64,000 nucleotides of DNA. Source: Octopus bimaculoides (taxonomy: Eukaryota). Shown here piece by piece: positions 14,017-25,580 of this stretch (position 1 is its first letter; every line of letters begins with the position of its first letter). Made by a program: the position numbers and the translations under genes. The notes beneath the pieces were generated by a model, which searched no databases, was not told the DNA's origin, and worked only from the letters and a program-made list of their open reading frames with translations. The stretch is from positions 1,929,583 to 1,993,582 of the forward strand of contig NC_068983.1 of NCBI RefSeq assembly GCF_001194135.2, given 5' to 3'.

Positions 14017-14400
14017 TCAGTGGAGCACTTCTTTGTAGGCAACGTTTCTCGTTTTCCCTTCTGATGCAGAAACGTACAGACTTTCTGGCCTGCCAACAAG
14101 GGAGCATTCAACGTAATGTTGACCGAGGGAGAACACTTGCTCTGTTAGATTTAAACCAACCATTTGCACTAATTCACCCTGTACCTTATTTATTGCCATT
14201 TAACAGGAAATTGAAGCCGCTTAGACTTGTGGATCGGAGGGAGGGAGGGACATTGGAGTTATAAGAACATCTTGACCAGCGGCAGTTCCGTTGAAGATGG
14301 TTGCCTGAAGAACACGTGAGTATAAATTTTGATTATCATGCGCTTGCTGAAACACGTTATTGGCGCTTCCAATTGCCGTAAGAGCATGATGGGCGCCCCA
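14017..14400 (-). pseudogene. Helitron Pif1-family helicase C-terminus (frameshifted)
   Basis: Three frames give GAPIMLLRQL, VLQATIFNGTAAGQDVLI and MAINKVQGELVQMVGLNLTEQVFSLGQHYVECSLVG...EGKTRNVAYKEVL, matching the Pif1 GAPIMLLRNL / AMTINKSQGQ / VFSHGQLYVA motifs. Confidence 0.85.
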
Positions 14401-16160
14401 TCTCGGAACTTTCCAGGAAGTAATTTTTCCACCTCTTCGGACCTTTCCAGGAAGTAATTCCTCAACTTCCTCCCCTTTCTTGGATCTTTCCAGGGAGTAA
14501 ATCCTCCCCTTCTTCATCACCTTGGAACTTTCCAGGAAGTAATTCCCCTTCCTCGAAATGATCCGGGAAGTAATTCCTCCCCGTCTTCGGACCTTTCCCA
14601 GGAAATAATTCCTCAACTTGCTCCCCTTCCCTGGGAATTTCCAGGAAGTAACACCTCCCCTTCCTCACTCTCCTTGGAACTTTCCAGGAAGCTCCATCGT
14701 CAGATTTTTGCAGGAAGTACATCAACGTAGAATTTTGCAGGAACTTGCCAGGATGACATTTTCAGGAATTACTAACCTCGGAACTTTCCAGGAAATAGTC
14801 AATCCGGATATTTCTAGTAAGTCCCATCCCTGGAACTTTCCTGGAAGTAGTTAATCCTTGGAGCTTTCCCGAAAGACATTTGAACTTTGCAGGAAATCCA
14901 CGAAGCTCCATCGTCGGAGTTTTGCAGGAAATAGTCCATCCTCGGAAATTTCCAGGAAGTCCCATCCCCGGAACATTCCAGGAAGTATTTAATCCTCCAA
15001 ACTTTCCAAGAAGTCGCATCCTTGCAACTTCTCAGAAAGTAGCTCTTCCTCGGAACTTTCCAGGGAGTTGCCCATCCTCGAAACTTTCCAGGGAAAGCCG
15101 TGGAAATTTCCAGGAAGCTCTATCGTCAGATGTTTGCAGGTAGCAGATCAACCTTGGAACTTTCCAGAAAATAGAACTTTGCAGGATCTTTCCAGGATGA
15201 CATCAGATATTTTCAGGAATTACCATCCTTGGAACTTTCCAGAAAGTCACATCCCCGGAACGTTCCAGGAAGTAGTTATTCCTCGGAACTTTCCAAGAAA
15301 TACCATCCTTGGAACTCTCCAGGAAGTAGCCCATCCTCGGAAATTTCCAAGATATCCCATCCTCGTAACTTTCCAGGGAGTAGATCAACCTAGGAACTTT
15401 CCAGGAAGTTGCTCATACACGGAATATTTCAAGACGTTTCCCATCCTTGGAACTTTCCAGGAAATTCGTGGAGCTTTCCAGCAAGTAGAACTTTGCAGGA
15501 ACTTTCCAGGACGACATCAAATATTTCAGGAACATTCCGGGAAGCTGCTAATCCTGGGAACTTCCGGGATGACATCGGGACTTTGCAAGAATTACCATTC
15601 TCGGAACAATCCAGGAACTAGCTCATCCTCGGAACTTTCCAGTAAGTTGCCGATCCTCTGATCTTTGCACGAAAGCCGCAGAACTTTCCAGGAAGCTCCA
15701 TCGTTGGATTTTTGCAGGAAGAAGTTCATCCTCAGAACTTTGCAGGAACTTTCCAGGACAATAGATGTTTTAAGGAATTGCCATCCTCGGACCTTTCCAG
15801 GAAATAGTCCATCCTCGGAAATTTCCAGGAAGTAATTCCTCTCCTTCCTTGGAACATTCCACGACGTAATTCCCCCCACGGAATTTTCCGTGATGTATTT
15901 CCACTTCATCGGAACTTTCCATGAGTTATTCCTCCTCTTCCTTAAAAGTTTCCAAGAAGTAATTCACCCCCTCGGAACATTCGAGGAATTAATTCCTCCC
16001 CTTATGAACTTTCCAGTATGAAAATCCCCTCCTTCCTTTCCTCAGAATATTCCATGCGGTAATCGCTCCCCTTCTTGGAACTCTCCAGGAAGTAATTCCT
16101 CCCTTACCCTTGACGTTTCCAGGAAGTAATTCCACCCCTTCGGAACTTTCCATAGCAGCC
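14398..16160. repeat. Minisatellite array, ~27-33 bp units with core CCTCGGAACTTTCCAGGAAG
   Basis: Core repeated throughout (roughly 50-60 units by eye). Outer blocks use a ...GTAATTCCTCCCCTT linker; the inner block uses ...ATAGTCCATC and GCTCCATCGTC variants. Confidence 0.95.
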
Positions 16161-17280
16161 AAATCTCCCTGAAAACCTCTTATGTATTAATGCTACAATT
16201 CTGCGTCCTATGTAGTTTGAATGAGAAACTGTAAGGTATGTGAGCAACTGGTTGTGTTAATTGTCGAAGAAAGGGGAATTGCATTAGAAAAAGTTTTAAT
16301 CGCTGTTCTCGGTAAGTATGGGGGTTAGGAAAAAAGAAAAGAGGCATTAAGAAGTTGATGCTTAGAATTGCTTTAACAGAAAATGAAGCTGTAAGAATTA
16401 ATTGGGAAATTGTATATAAGAATTAATAGCAGGCGTATCCAATTTAAGAAAAGTGAAGTGAAAGAAGTATGGAATAATTATTATACGCTGTTGAAGATGA
16501 AAATGCATGGGAGAGCTATTGTATTTGACGTGTGTGTAATCATAGAGAAAGTGAAAGACATGAAATGGACTTACGTGTGCTTGTGTGTTTTGCGGCTAAT
16601 TTGGCGGGTGTTTTGCAGTCAGCAGGAGGTAGTTTGTGTTTTATCTCTCGATCAATGGCCGGAAAAGTGAAAATATTCTTTTAATGTGTTTTGGGGAAAG
16701 GGGATCTTTTGAAGTGGGCGTCAAATGAAGAGAGACATAAACTGAACTTCTCTTCAAGTTGGCGTGAGACAGAATAATTGGTGTGCGTGTGTACATGTGT
16801 GTGTGTTTGATGAGGTATGCGAGACAGAGAGAGTAATGTTGATGGTGTGTGTGTATATGAGAGAGAGAGAGAAAGAAAGGGAGAGGTAACTGAAATTTTT
16901 TTTTAGTTTTTGTAGTGAGTGAATGTGAGTGATTAATAGAAAAACCGAGAGAGTAATTATGTATGAATGGCTTCAGTGTCACACACTCACATATACGCAT
17001 GCACACAGGTTGTTTTAATCGATTTTCTCGGTAACTGTGGGGAATAGGAAAAAATATAAAGCGCGTTCCAGTCTATGCACCAGTCTCCACATGTGTGCCA
17101 TTTTTCACGCGAATCCACCCAACCGTTTGGCCATGAACCTCGAAACAAGAAAGAATACAACGGTCGCGCATGTTCAATTTATATTATAGGTAGATATACA
17201 ATTCAATATAGACGATCGTGCGCAATGTTTTACCAAAAAGGAAAACTATAGTAGTCATTAAGTATGGCTTGGGTGTTAGA

Positions 17281-17765
17281 GCACATACATTGCTAGACGT
17301 CAGAGCTAAAAAGCTTCTAATGCTGTAGTCAAAGCACATTATTGTATACATATGTACTGACATGGATCGTAATTGCCCGAAAGCACTGGTCGAAATTTCC
17401 CTATAATAATCGGTCAGCTTCGGCTAATTCCGTAGCCTCATTGGTGAGGAAGGCTCGATTCGGTTGATTCCGGACTTGCTTCTCTGTTAGTACATACGTA
17501 TTCGCAATAAAAAATCTATGGCTGATTTAGCAAATCGCTAATGTATATACACTTATACTAACGGAGAAACAAGTCCGAAATCAGCCGAGTCGAGCGGTCC
17601 CCAGTGATGAGGCTACGGAATAAGCCGAAGCTGACCGATCATTATAGAGAATTCTCGTCCTGAATTTTCGGGCATTACAGATCTTGTCAATACATATGCA
17701 TATAATTATGTGTTTTAACTACAGCATTAAACCGTTTTAACTCTTATTTCTAGCAATGTAGGTGT
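17281..17765. mobile_element. Fold-back element with ~220 bp imperfect inverted arms
   Basis: TAATGCTGTAGT at 17318 mirrors ACTACAGCATTA ending 17729; ATCGGTCAGCTTCGGCTAATTCCGTAGCCTCAT mirrors ATGAGGCTACGGAATAAGCCGAAGCTGACCGAT. Confidence 0.8.
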
Positions 17766-18790
17766 TCCAATCCTCTAGTTATAAAATCATCGATTTACGA
17801 TCACAATTGGTTCCGACTGACTGGTCTCAAGTCGATTTGGTCGTAAGTTGGCTTAGAAAGCCTACATAGTTTGGTTTTATATTTTCACATCCTTAAGATG
17901 TATTCTTAGGTAAAAGTCAGACAGCATTCTGAATTATACTGGCGTTAGTCAAACATTTCGCAGTCGTCTTACAAACAAATACGAGGCTGTCTCGATGTCT
18001 CCACGACAGTATATTAACCTAATACTTAGGATAACCACGGTGGCGATTGATAACCAAACCTAGGCACATCATCCGTAGACGGGTTAATTTCTAAAAGATT
18101 AAACCCATTAGATTTCAACTTAACTATTATTGCTGCCGGGAGCTGGCGCACCAATCGTCGTAAAGTCGATTGATGGTAAGTGGGATAAGTCGTAAGTCGA
18201 CCACGACTTGTGTATGTATGTATGTATGTATATATATATATATATATATATATGCATGCATGTTTACATATTTATACATACATCTTTTGTTTTTTTCTTT
18301 TACGTTTCAGCCATTAGACAACGGCTACAATGGGAATGGGACAGTGTTTTGAATAATCTTTAGTCGAATGAAGTGGCCCCGGTACTTACTTTTTTAAAGC
18401 GTGGTCCCTTTTGGCAAATCGCTAAGTTACGTGAATATATATGTGTGTGTGTGTGTGTGTGTTTGTGTGTGTGTGTTTGTGTGTGTGTATACACACACAC
18501 ATAAATTCAGCATTCAAATGAATCCGGTCTTTAAATAGTGAAGTACCAAAGAGGTCGCGTCAGTGAAATTTTTATCGTGAACGAGCAATATTGAAACACA
18601 ATAAACTAAACACGGATTTATAATCCGGCTGTGTGTAATCGTAAATGGCCGACTGAACTGAGATGTTTTAAGTGTTTAATTCTTATACGTGTTCACCTGT
18701 TGAATGCATATTTTTTTCGCATGATGTAAGAATTTTATTCGATAATACAAACATTTGAAACAGATGTAGTAAACCCACGATCTATCTGTT

Positions 18791-18846
<56 letters not shown>

Positions 18847-18847
<1 letters not shown>

Positions 18848-19238
18848 GTATTTACATGTGACAGATATTTGTCCTCATCTTTTTCAACGTTTCGGCTGAT
18901 ATACCCTCCACCCTTCATCAGGTGTCTTGGGGGAAAAGTTCTAATCTGGGTTCTCATGCCTAAGGTATTTTTCAATTTTGTTGTTATTATCATTATTTAT
19001 TATTATTATTGTCATTAAGAGCGCGGGCTACTAAGCCCAAAATTCCGACTTATATTCCAGGCAGTGACCTGATTAATGATAATAATAGTAATAACAAAAT
19101 CGAAAAATACCTAAGGAATGAGAACCCAGATTAGAAATTTCCCCCAAGACACCTGATGTAGGCTGAAGGGTATATCAGTCGAAACGTTGTTAACAACAAA
19201 AAAGATTAGGACAAATATCCGTCAAATGTAAATAATGT
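18847..19238. mobile_element. Inverted pair of Penelope-like pLTR fragments, each with a hammerhead-type core
   Basis: Arms ~18847-18992 and ~19086-19238 are reverse complements. Cores: CTGATGA AGGGTG GAGGGTATAT CAGCC GAAACGTT (minus, 18921-18886) and CTGATGT AGGCTG AAGGGTATAT CAGTC GAAACGTT (plus, 19153-19188). Confidence 0.65.
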
Positions 19239-19273
19239 ACATTATTCCTCATCTCTTNNNNNNNNNNNNNNNN

Positions 19274-19307
<34 letters not shown>

Positions 19308-19619
19308 GCACACATATATCAATAGTAATAATAAAACTTTGATGAAATTCATAAATATTTTATCGCATCGTTACGCGAGTTCCTCGAATCACATGTTAGA
19401 AAAGCGCGTAGCGATGCATTAAAATATTTACAACTTCTATCCCGAGATAATTATTGTTATTACTACATTATCCTGTATTATATCGGCAGAGCTCGGTGCT
19501 GCCCCCAAAATCCGCTATCGCCAATTGGCATCATTTGTCTGTGGCCGGCATAAAAGAAAAGGTGCTTTGATATGATTATTCAAAATGTAAACAAAATTAA
19601 AAGATATATGTCTGTATAT

Positions 19620-19780
19620 ATATATGGGATTCTTTCAGTTTCTGTCTACCAAATCCACTGACAAGTCTTTATTCCTTATTTGTAGGCTGTTGAAGAAGAC
19701 ACTTGCTTAAGGTGTTACACAGTAAAACTGAACCCGGAACCATGTGGTTGGGAAGGAAGCTTCTTACCACATATGCACAC
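19620..19780 (-). mobile_element. SINE family B, head fragment
   Basis: CTTTCAGTTTCTGTCTACCAAATCCACT...GAAGACACTTGC...CTGAACCCGGAACCATGTGGTTGGGAAGGAAGCTTCTTACCAC, as in 42380-42540. Confidence 0.8.
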
Positions 19781-20294
19781 AGACATACGGGTAGACAGAT
19801 AGATAGATAGATATATATATATATAGATAGGTAGGTAGGGAGGTAGGTAGGTAGAGCGGTACGGATAGATAGATAGGGAGGTAGATAGATATGCAAATTT
19901 GTTTGGGTTTCGATGCAATGAGAATGTTTACAGAGTGAAACTTTTCCCTTTGTGTCTACGAGATCAGGTGCATAAACGAGTCTGTCGTGCTGATATCATT
20001 GTTTGCATGTGTTTCCTGTACATCTATGATTGCCAGGTGTGCGATTCTCTCGTTATTTACTTTTTATCGATGAATTTTATCGTTATATGTGTTTGTCGTT
20101 AGGACATAGAAAGATCTATCGATTTCAATTCTTTAACTATTTCCAACTTTAGATTATTTGCAGATATAGAACTTTCTACTTATTGATTTTTCTCATATTC
20201 ACTTATCTCTAAATTTCATGGAGTTTATTGAAACACAAACGCCAAGAATGACAGCAACAACAAAAACCACAACAACAGCAACAACATTAACAAG

Positions 20295-20722
20295 AGTCCT
20301 TTTTACAATAAGCACAAGGCCTGAGATTTGGGGGATGGCATAGTCGACAACATCGACCCCAGTGTTTAACTGGTATTGTTTTATCAACCCGAAAAGGATA
20401 AAAGACAAAGCGACCTCGGCGGAATATGAACTTAGAAAAGACGAAGTGCCGCTAAGCATTTCGCCCAACGTGTTAACAATTCCGTCAGCTCACTGCCTTG
20501 ATAGCAATAGCAGGAATACTAATAATAATAATAATAATAGCTATAATAATAATAATAGTAATAATAATGATAATCCTTTCTACTGGAGGCGCAAGGCATC
20601 GAATTTGGGTGTAGAAGACTTGTCGATTATATCGACGCCAGTGTTTCATTGGTACTTAATTTATCGGACGAAACACCGCTAAGCATTTCGTCCGGTGTGA
20701 TAACGATTCTGCTAGCACATCG
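20295..20722 (-). mobile_element. Two tandem SINE family A copies separated by an (AAT)n tract
   Basis: Copies at ~20295-20497 and ~20570-20722, each CACAAGGC...GATT...TCGAC(C)CCAGTGTT...CCGCTAAGCATTTCG. Confidence 0.8.
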
Positions 20723-20760
20723 CTTTAACATCAACAACAGCAACAATAATAATAATAATA

Positions 20761-21245
20761 ATGCTTGAAAATGATCACATCTCACTCCTCTGGAACTTCA
20801 CCATTCAAACTGACAGAAAGATGGATGCGAAAAGGCCAGACATTATATTGAAAAAAAAATTCAGACAAAACTCATACCTCCTCATTTATATGACCGTCCC
20901 AATCAATATAAATGTATCTGTCAAGACCTACCAAAAACTGAGCAGGCATAAAGGTCTTGAAAATGGAAATTGGCAGATACCAGGACACCCCAAAACGGCA
21001 GAAATTCAAAAGATAGTGCTAATGGGAACTGCCCATATCCTACGTAAAATACTGTTTATGTAATCTCAAATTTTAAAACAAACTCATATTTTTCTTGTTT
21101 TCTGAAACATTCTCTAGAACAATACTATGTGCGAAACCAAATATATGACACCCTAGGCATAACACCAACATGAACCTCTAGCTTGTTTGTCTCTTGTGGT
21201 CTCTGGGTGAGACTTGATGTCAACTTGTACAAATACAAAGCTAAA
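20761..21245 (+). mobile_element. R4/Dong-like RLE LINE, 5'-truncated copy (nuclease plus 3' UTR)
   Basis: ORF 20761-21063: LLWNFTIQTDRKMDAKRPDIIL...MTVPININVSVKTYQKL...IVLMGTAHILRKIL is the PD-(D/E)xK RLE domain; it starts directly after an (AAT)n run. Confidence 0.85.
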
Positions 21246-23355
21246 TTATTAACTGAATTAGAGATTGACCAAATTAAACAATTAGTAAGAGATCAAATGA
21301 ATGGAGTTGCAACTAAAGCAGATACCACTGAAGAAATAATTACAGACCAACACAGGTCTGATGAAAATGCAGTAATGACAGAAAGAGTCAATGTAACAGA
21401 TAAGCAAAGTGAAATACTTTTTGAACCAGCCATAAATATCAAGAAAGACGAAAACATCTGTCTTGACTGAATAGACGTATTACCTTTTAATAGAAAGTCG
21501 CATCTTTCCTAATGAGCATAGAGGATTTAAATGTGGGCCCTATGCTTGCAAAGCTCACCTACTCACCAATAGGATAGTTTTAGAAGATTCTCACAAACAA
21601 CACAAGAACTTACCAATAACCTGGATAGACTATAAAAATCCTTCGATAGTCTTCACACAACTGGATTAGAAAATGTTTGGAAATTTATAAAATAGAACCT
21701 ACTCTGCGAAACATGGTAAACGGCACTGACTTTGAATAGTCAAAATGAATCTTTCAATGCTGAGGATGTAAGAATTCCATGTGTTATTTTCCAGGGTGAA
21801 TCTCTATCACCTCTCCTCTTTTGTCTAACCTTTATACCTTTTTCGAAATTGTTTGATGATGTACAATATGGCAATAACATTTTTTTGAAAAAAATATAAA
21901 TCATGTCTTTTACATGGATGTTGTAAACTCTTTGCAAAAAATGACCGACAACTAGAAGGTTTACTGGCAATTGTAAAACAGTTCAGTGATGAATTCAGGA
22001 TGGAATTTGGCCTAGGTAAATGGGCGGAAGCTTCCTTTATCAGAGGAAAATGATAATAACATCCACCGTTAACCCTAAACAACAAAATGCTATAAACGAA
22101 TTGGAACCAGCGGAGGGATATTTGAACGTGATAGAATCAAACATTCATGAGGGAAACGATTAGAAACGAATGTTATCGCAGGGTTAGGGCAATACTAAAG
22201 CCAGAGCTGAACGCAAGAGACAAGATCGAAGCGATCAATATTTTAGCCAAGCTTGTCGTGACTTACAGTTTCAATATTATAAACTTGTCAATTACTGAAA
22301 TCAGAAAACTTGACAGGAAATTACGAATATTGTTGACAATGCATAAAATGCACCCACTTAGGGAGATATTGAACGATTTTACCTGCCAAGAAAGAGAGGG
22401 GCGCTGTGAACATTTTCTAATGGAATTGGCAATGAAGATCGCCACAATTATTGGCCTAAACACCTACCTGAAAATCTCCGATGAATAGACGTTAAAACTT
22501 GTCTTAAACCATGAAAACAAGAAAACAACAGTAACAAAACAGTAACAAACCCAGCAGCGCAATATCAATGCCTACCTATAAGAAGCAACCTGGCTAACAT
22601 CTCAAAGAACGGTAGTAGCCCAACATGTCGTGTATGTAAACAACAAAATGAAACCATCGATCATGTTTTCTTCATGTGCAGCCTTCTTGCTCCTACACAA
22701 TATCTCCACATGCACGATAGAGCAACACAGTATGTTCACCGGATAATTTTCAAAGACTTAGACCTGCCCCATGATAAAATCTAATGGGAACACAAACCCC
22801 CTCTAGTGCTTAAAACTGATCACATCTCAATCCTTTGGTACTTTACTATTCAAACTGACAGAAAGATAGATGCAAATAAGCCAGATATTATATTGAAGGT
22901 TTACAGAAAAAAACATACCTTCCCATCGATATGACTGTCCCATACCGAATGAATCTATCAAGACCTATCAAAATCGGAGCTAATATAATGATCCCAGATA
23001 CCAGGAAATCCAGAATCGGAAGAATTTCTAAAAATAGTGCTCATGAGAACTGCTCATATCCTAACAAAAATATTTTTTATGTAATCTCAAAAACATTTTA
23101 ATCTATACTTTTAAGTGTACATAATAGCAGACACCTTTCACTGTTATCTTAAAAGAAGACTATCGTCTTTAATCAAATTAATTTTAGAACAGACTTCTTA
23201 TCTTCTTATGTTTTTACAGACATTCTCTAGAACAATAATTTGTGCAAACCCAAAATATGGCACCCTAGTTATAACATCAACTTCAACTTCTAAATTCTCT
23301 CTTCAGGTCTTTGGGTGAGACTTGGAGTCAACTTATACAAATCCAAAGCGAAAGC
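21246..23355 (+). mobile_element. R4/Dong-like RLE LINE, longer decayed copy (N-terminal remnant, RT, CCHC, RLE, 3' UTR)
   Basis: IFQGESLSPLLFCL at ~21786-21825, YMD(D) at ~21911, CRVCKQQNETIDHV at ~22626, W.FTIQTDRKIDANKPDII at ~22836; the 3' UTR resembles 21060-21245; many frameshifts. Confidence 0.9.
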
Positions 23356-23364
23356 CAATGCACA

Positions 23365-23839
23365 CTGTCTTGGCACAAAAGATGGGCTACGGTAAATATT
23401 CTGTTCAATACCACAGGTTTACTTGTCAGTTGTTTGGCCTTAACCAGTTGAAAATTATCCTTAGTGGCTGGAAATATGTGCATATCTGATCATAAACAGA
23501 AGCTGTAGGGGAGAGGCATAGTCATGTGTTGAGAGGAATTCTTTGGGGTTTGAATAATTCACCTCTGGAAACATAGGTGCTTCGTTCAACAACCTTAAAC
23601 AACCCTTATTCAGGGATCATTTGAACGAGATGGGCTATCGACCTGAAAAAAAATTCTTACTGGGCCCTACCTGCAACGCCATGCGCTGTTTACTTTGATA
23701 TGAGAGCACTATGTCGTACACATATGGTTGCGATGCATGTGCTTGGTGTACAATTAGACGCGTAGTCATGATGGGTGTAATGGACGTCGTATATTTTACC
23801 CCAATGTCACTTTGATGGCATGCACTGCTCTCTCACTCA
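23365..23839 (+). repeat. Unclassified ~500 bp interspersed repeat, copy 1
   Basis: Collinear with 58930-59374 (AAAGATGGGCTAC...GCCATGTGTTGAGAGGAATTC...TATTCAGGGA...TATTTTACCCCA.TGTC.CTTTGATGGCATGC...CTCTCT.ACTCA). Confidence 0.85.
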
Positions 23840-23899
23840 GCGGATGTTAACATAAGGCTGAAGATCAATGAAAACGAGAACACCTATGCTGAAATAGTG

Positions 23900-24170
23900 A
23901 GAAATTTGTGCAGCTGCTCTATTTTGATTACAAGTTCAGTTTTATACCTGTTACTTTTGTGGGACTTGTAATTATACGTAACACACTGCCTAAATACCAT
24001 CTTGAGAAATTAGGTTTCTCAAAACCAGAAAGGAGAAAGCTGGTTCGAAGACTACAAATCCAATCCATCAGTGGAACTGTAAAGATCTGTAAAACTTTCC
24101 AGAAGTTCTTTCTCTAATTATATATGAGCATATCTACATGTTGGCCCGACATACATAAAACAAGATGTAC
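23900..24170 (+). mobile_element. 3' end of a second RLE LINE family
   Basis: YKFSFIPVTFVG...LEKLGFSKPERRKLVRRLQIQSISGTVKICKTFQKF* resembles the IPVIIGALG...LQxxxIxGTxxI C-terminus of RLE ORFs; a short UTR and CA tract follow. Confidence 0.55.
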
Positions 24171-24172
24171 AA

Positions 24173-24237
<65 letters not shown>

Positions 24238-24244
24238 CATGCAT

Positions 24245-25480
24245 TCATTCATTCATGCATGAATAAATAAATAAATACTTATTGAAATCTTTATCTCCAG
24301 GGAAAGCTCGCTTACACCTAAATATTTCCTTGACCACCAATGTACTCCGTGCTTCATTTCGGAGCGCTTTCCTAGTAACGCCTGTATAGCCCTCACCCTT
24401 AATGTTCATACAGACCAATCCTCCACATAGCTTTTCACCTTTTGTTTGTATGAGTTCCACAGAAAACACTTGATTCCTACTACAGCTCGTATCAGGAATT
24501 CTCTCCATCCTAATTTTAACCGTTTAATTCTATGCAACTTCGTGGATCTCCTCCTTTCCAGGGAACCCTCAACTGACGCTGGCATTGCCCCCATCCTTGC
24601 CTCCATTATATCATTTATGCAGCTTACATTCAACATACAAATCCTTATGTAATACTGATTAATCCTGATAATCCTGATCCCTTCATAAAATCCACTCACG
24701 TTCAAAATTTACCGATATTTTCTGTTATTTGACTATAATCTCTGGTATACTCAGCCATAATATATACGTATGATACAATCAAAATTAATCAAACCTGGAT
24801 TTGTTTTCTGTTAGACACCTGCATGCAAAGCTTTTTGTGAATTCAATGATTAATCTAAATAATAACAGCTACATACGGTTTGACTCGGGACTTTCGTCTG
24901 CTAATCTTCTCCCAAATGTTATTACTTTTAGAATGAAACAGCGTGCATCTCACTAATATTGCCGTGAAAATCTAGTATGACTTGTATAAACAATTCTTTT
25001 ACCCGTACTCCAATCCTCCCACCGTCAAGTTTTACAGCTTCGAAAACAAGACACTCACACCGAGAACTATCTAATTTACATTGACGTGTGGATTAAGTCA
25101 CCATTGCTGCTTTGCAAGAGAAGACGTTGATTTACAAGTACAGCTTAATTTCTTCGTTCAATAATTCGATTATCACCAATACTTGGTGAGGATAATGTTT
25201 TAAATGTCTTAAACAGTTTTTATTTTCAATTTTCCTTCAAGCGTTGCAGATAATTTGTCTGTCAACAATAATGTTAGTTTTGTGGATTTCTCATTTTATT
25301 AACAATCATAGCGCTCCACAAACCTAGCCTTACCACGCATCAAACAATGCCAATATTTTGTACCATATTTCCAACAGTCTAGACCAGTAGAAAAATTGCC
25401 CATTAGTTTTCTAACCTTACCTGTTACGATTGCTTTAACATTTGACATACCATAATTTATCTGTTCAAAATTATTGTTCA
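24245..25480 (-). mobile_element. Old LINE remnant (CR1/L2-like) with (ATTT)/(ATGA) tail
   Basis: Simple-repeat tail at 24245-24283 on the minus-strand 3' side, plus weak coding-like text (CFLWNS); no clean motif recovered. Confidence 0.3.
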
Positions 25481-25580
25481 CTGAGTTGAGTTGAACTGTA
25501 TTTTGCTATTCAGTTCGGTTGAACTTGTCATGAAACTTCAGCTTTATTCTATCCCTTACTTTCTCCCCTTCAGGAATATA

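Larger units (their letters stand above)
13484..17194 (-). mobile_element. Non-autonomous Helitron with both termini, a Pif1 helicase C-terminal remnant and an internal minisatellite
   Basis: On the minus strand: 5' end A|TCTACCTATAATATAAATT at 17195/17194; 3' end CCGGGTGAAACCGGGATTAGCTGCTAG|T at 13484 (GC hairpin, CTAG, AT target site). Helicase motifs lie at 14017-14400. Confidence 0.75.

Noticed and set aside
15068-15661. 197 aa ORF and neighbouring ORFs in the array as a repetitive protein gene
   Set aside because: Similar ORFs occur in several frames on both strands as a by-product of a stop-poor repeat; no splice or domain support.
14398-16160. CRISPR-like appearance of the regular repeat array
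   Set aside because: Linkers are related to one another rather than unique spacers, unit length drifts, no cas genes are present, and the context is eukaryotic.
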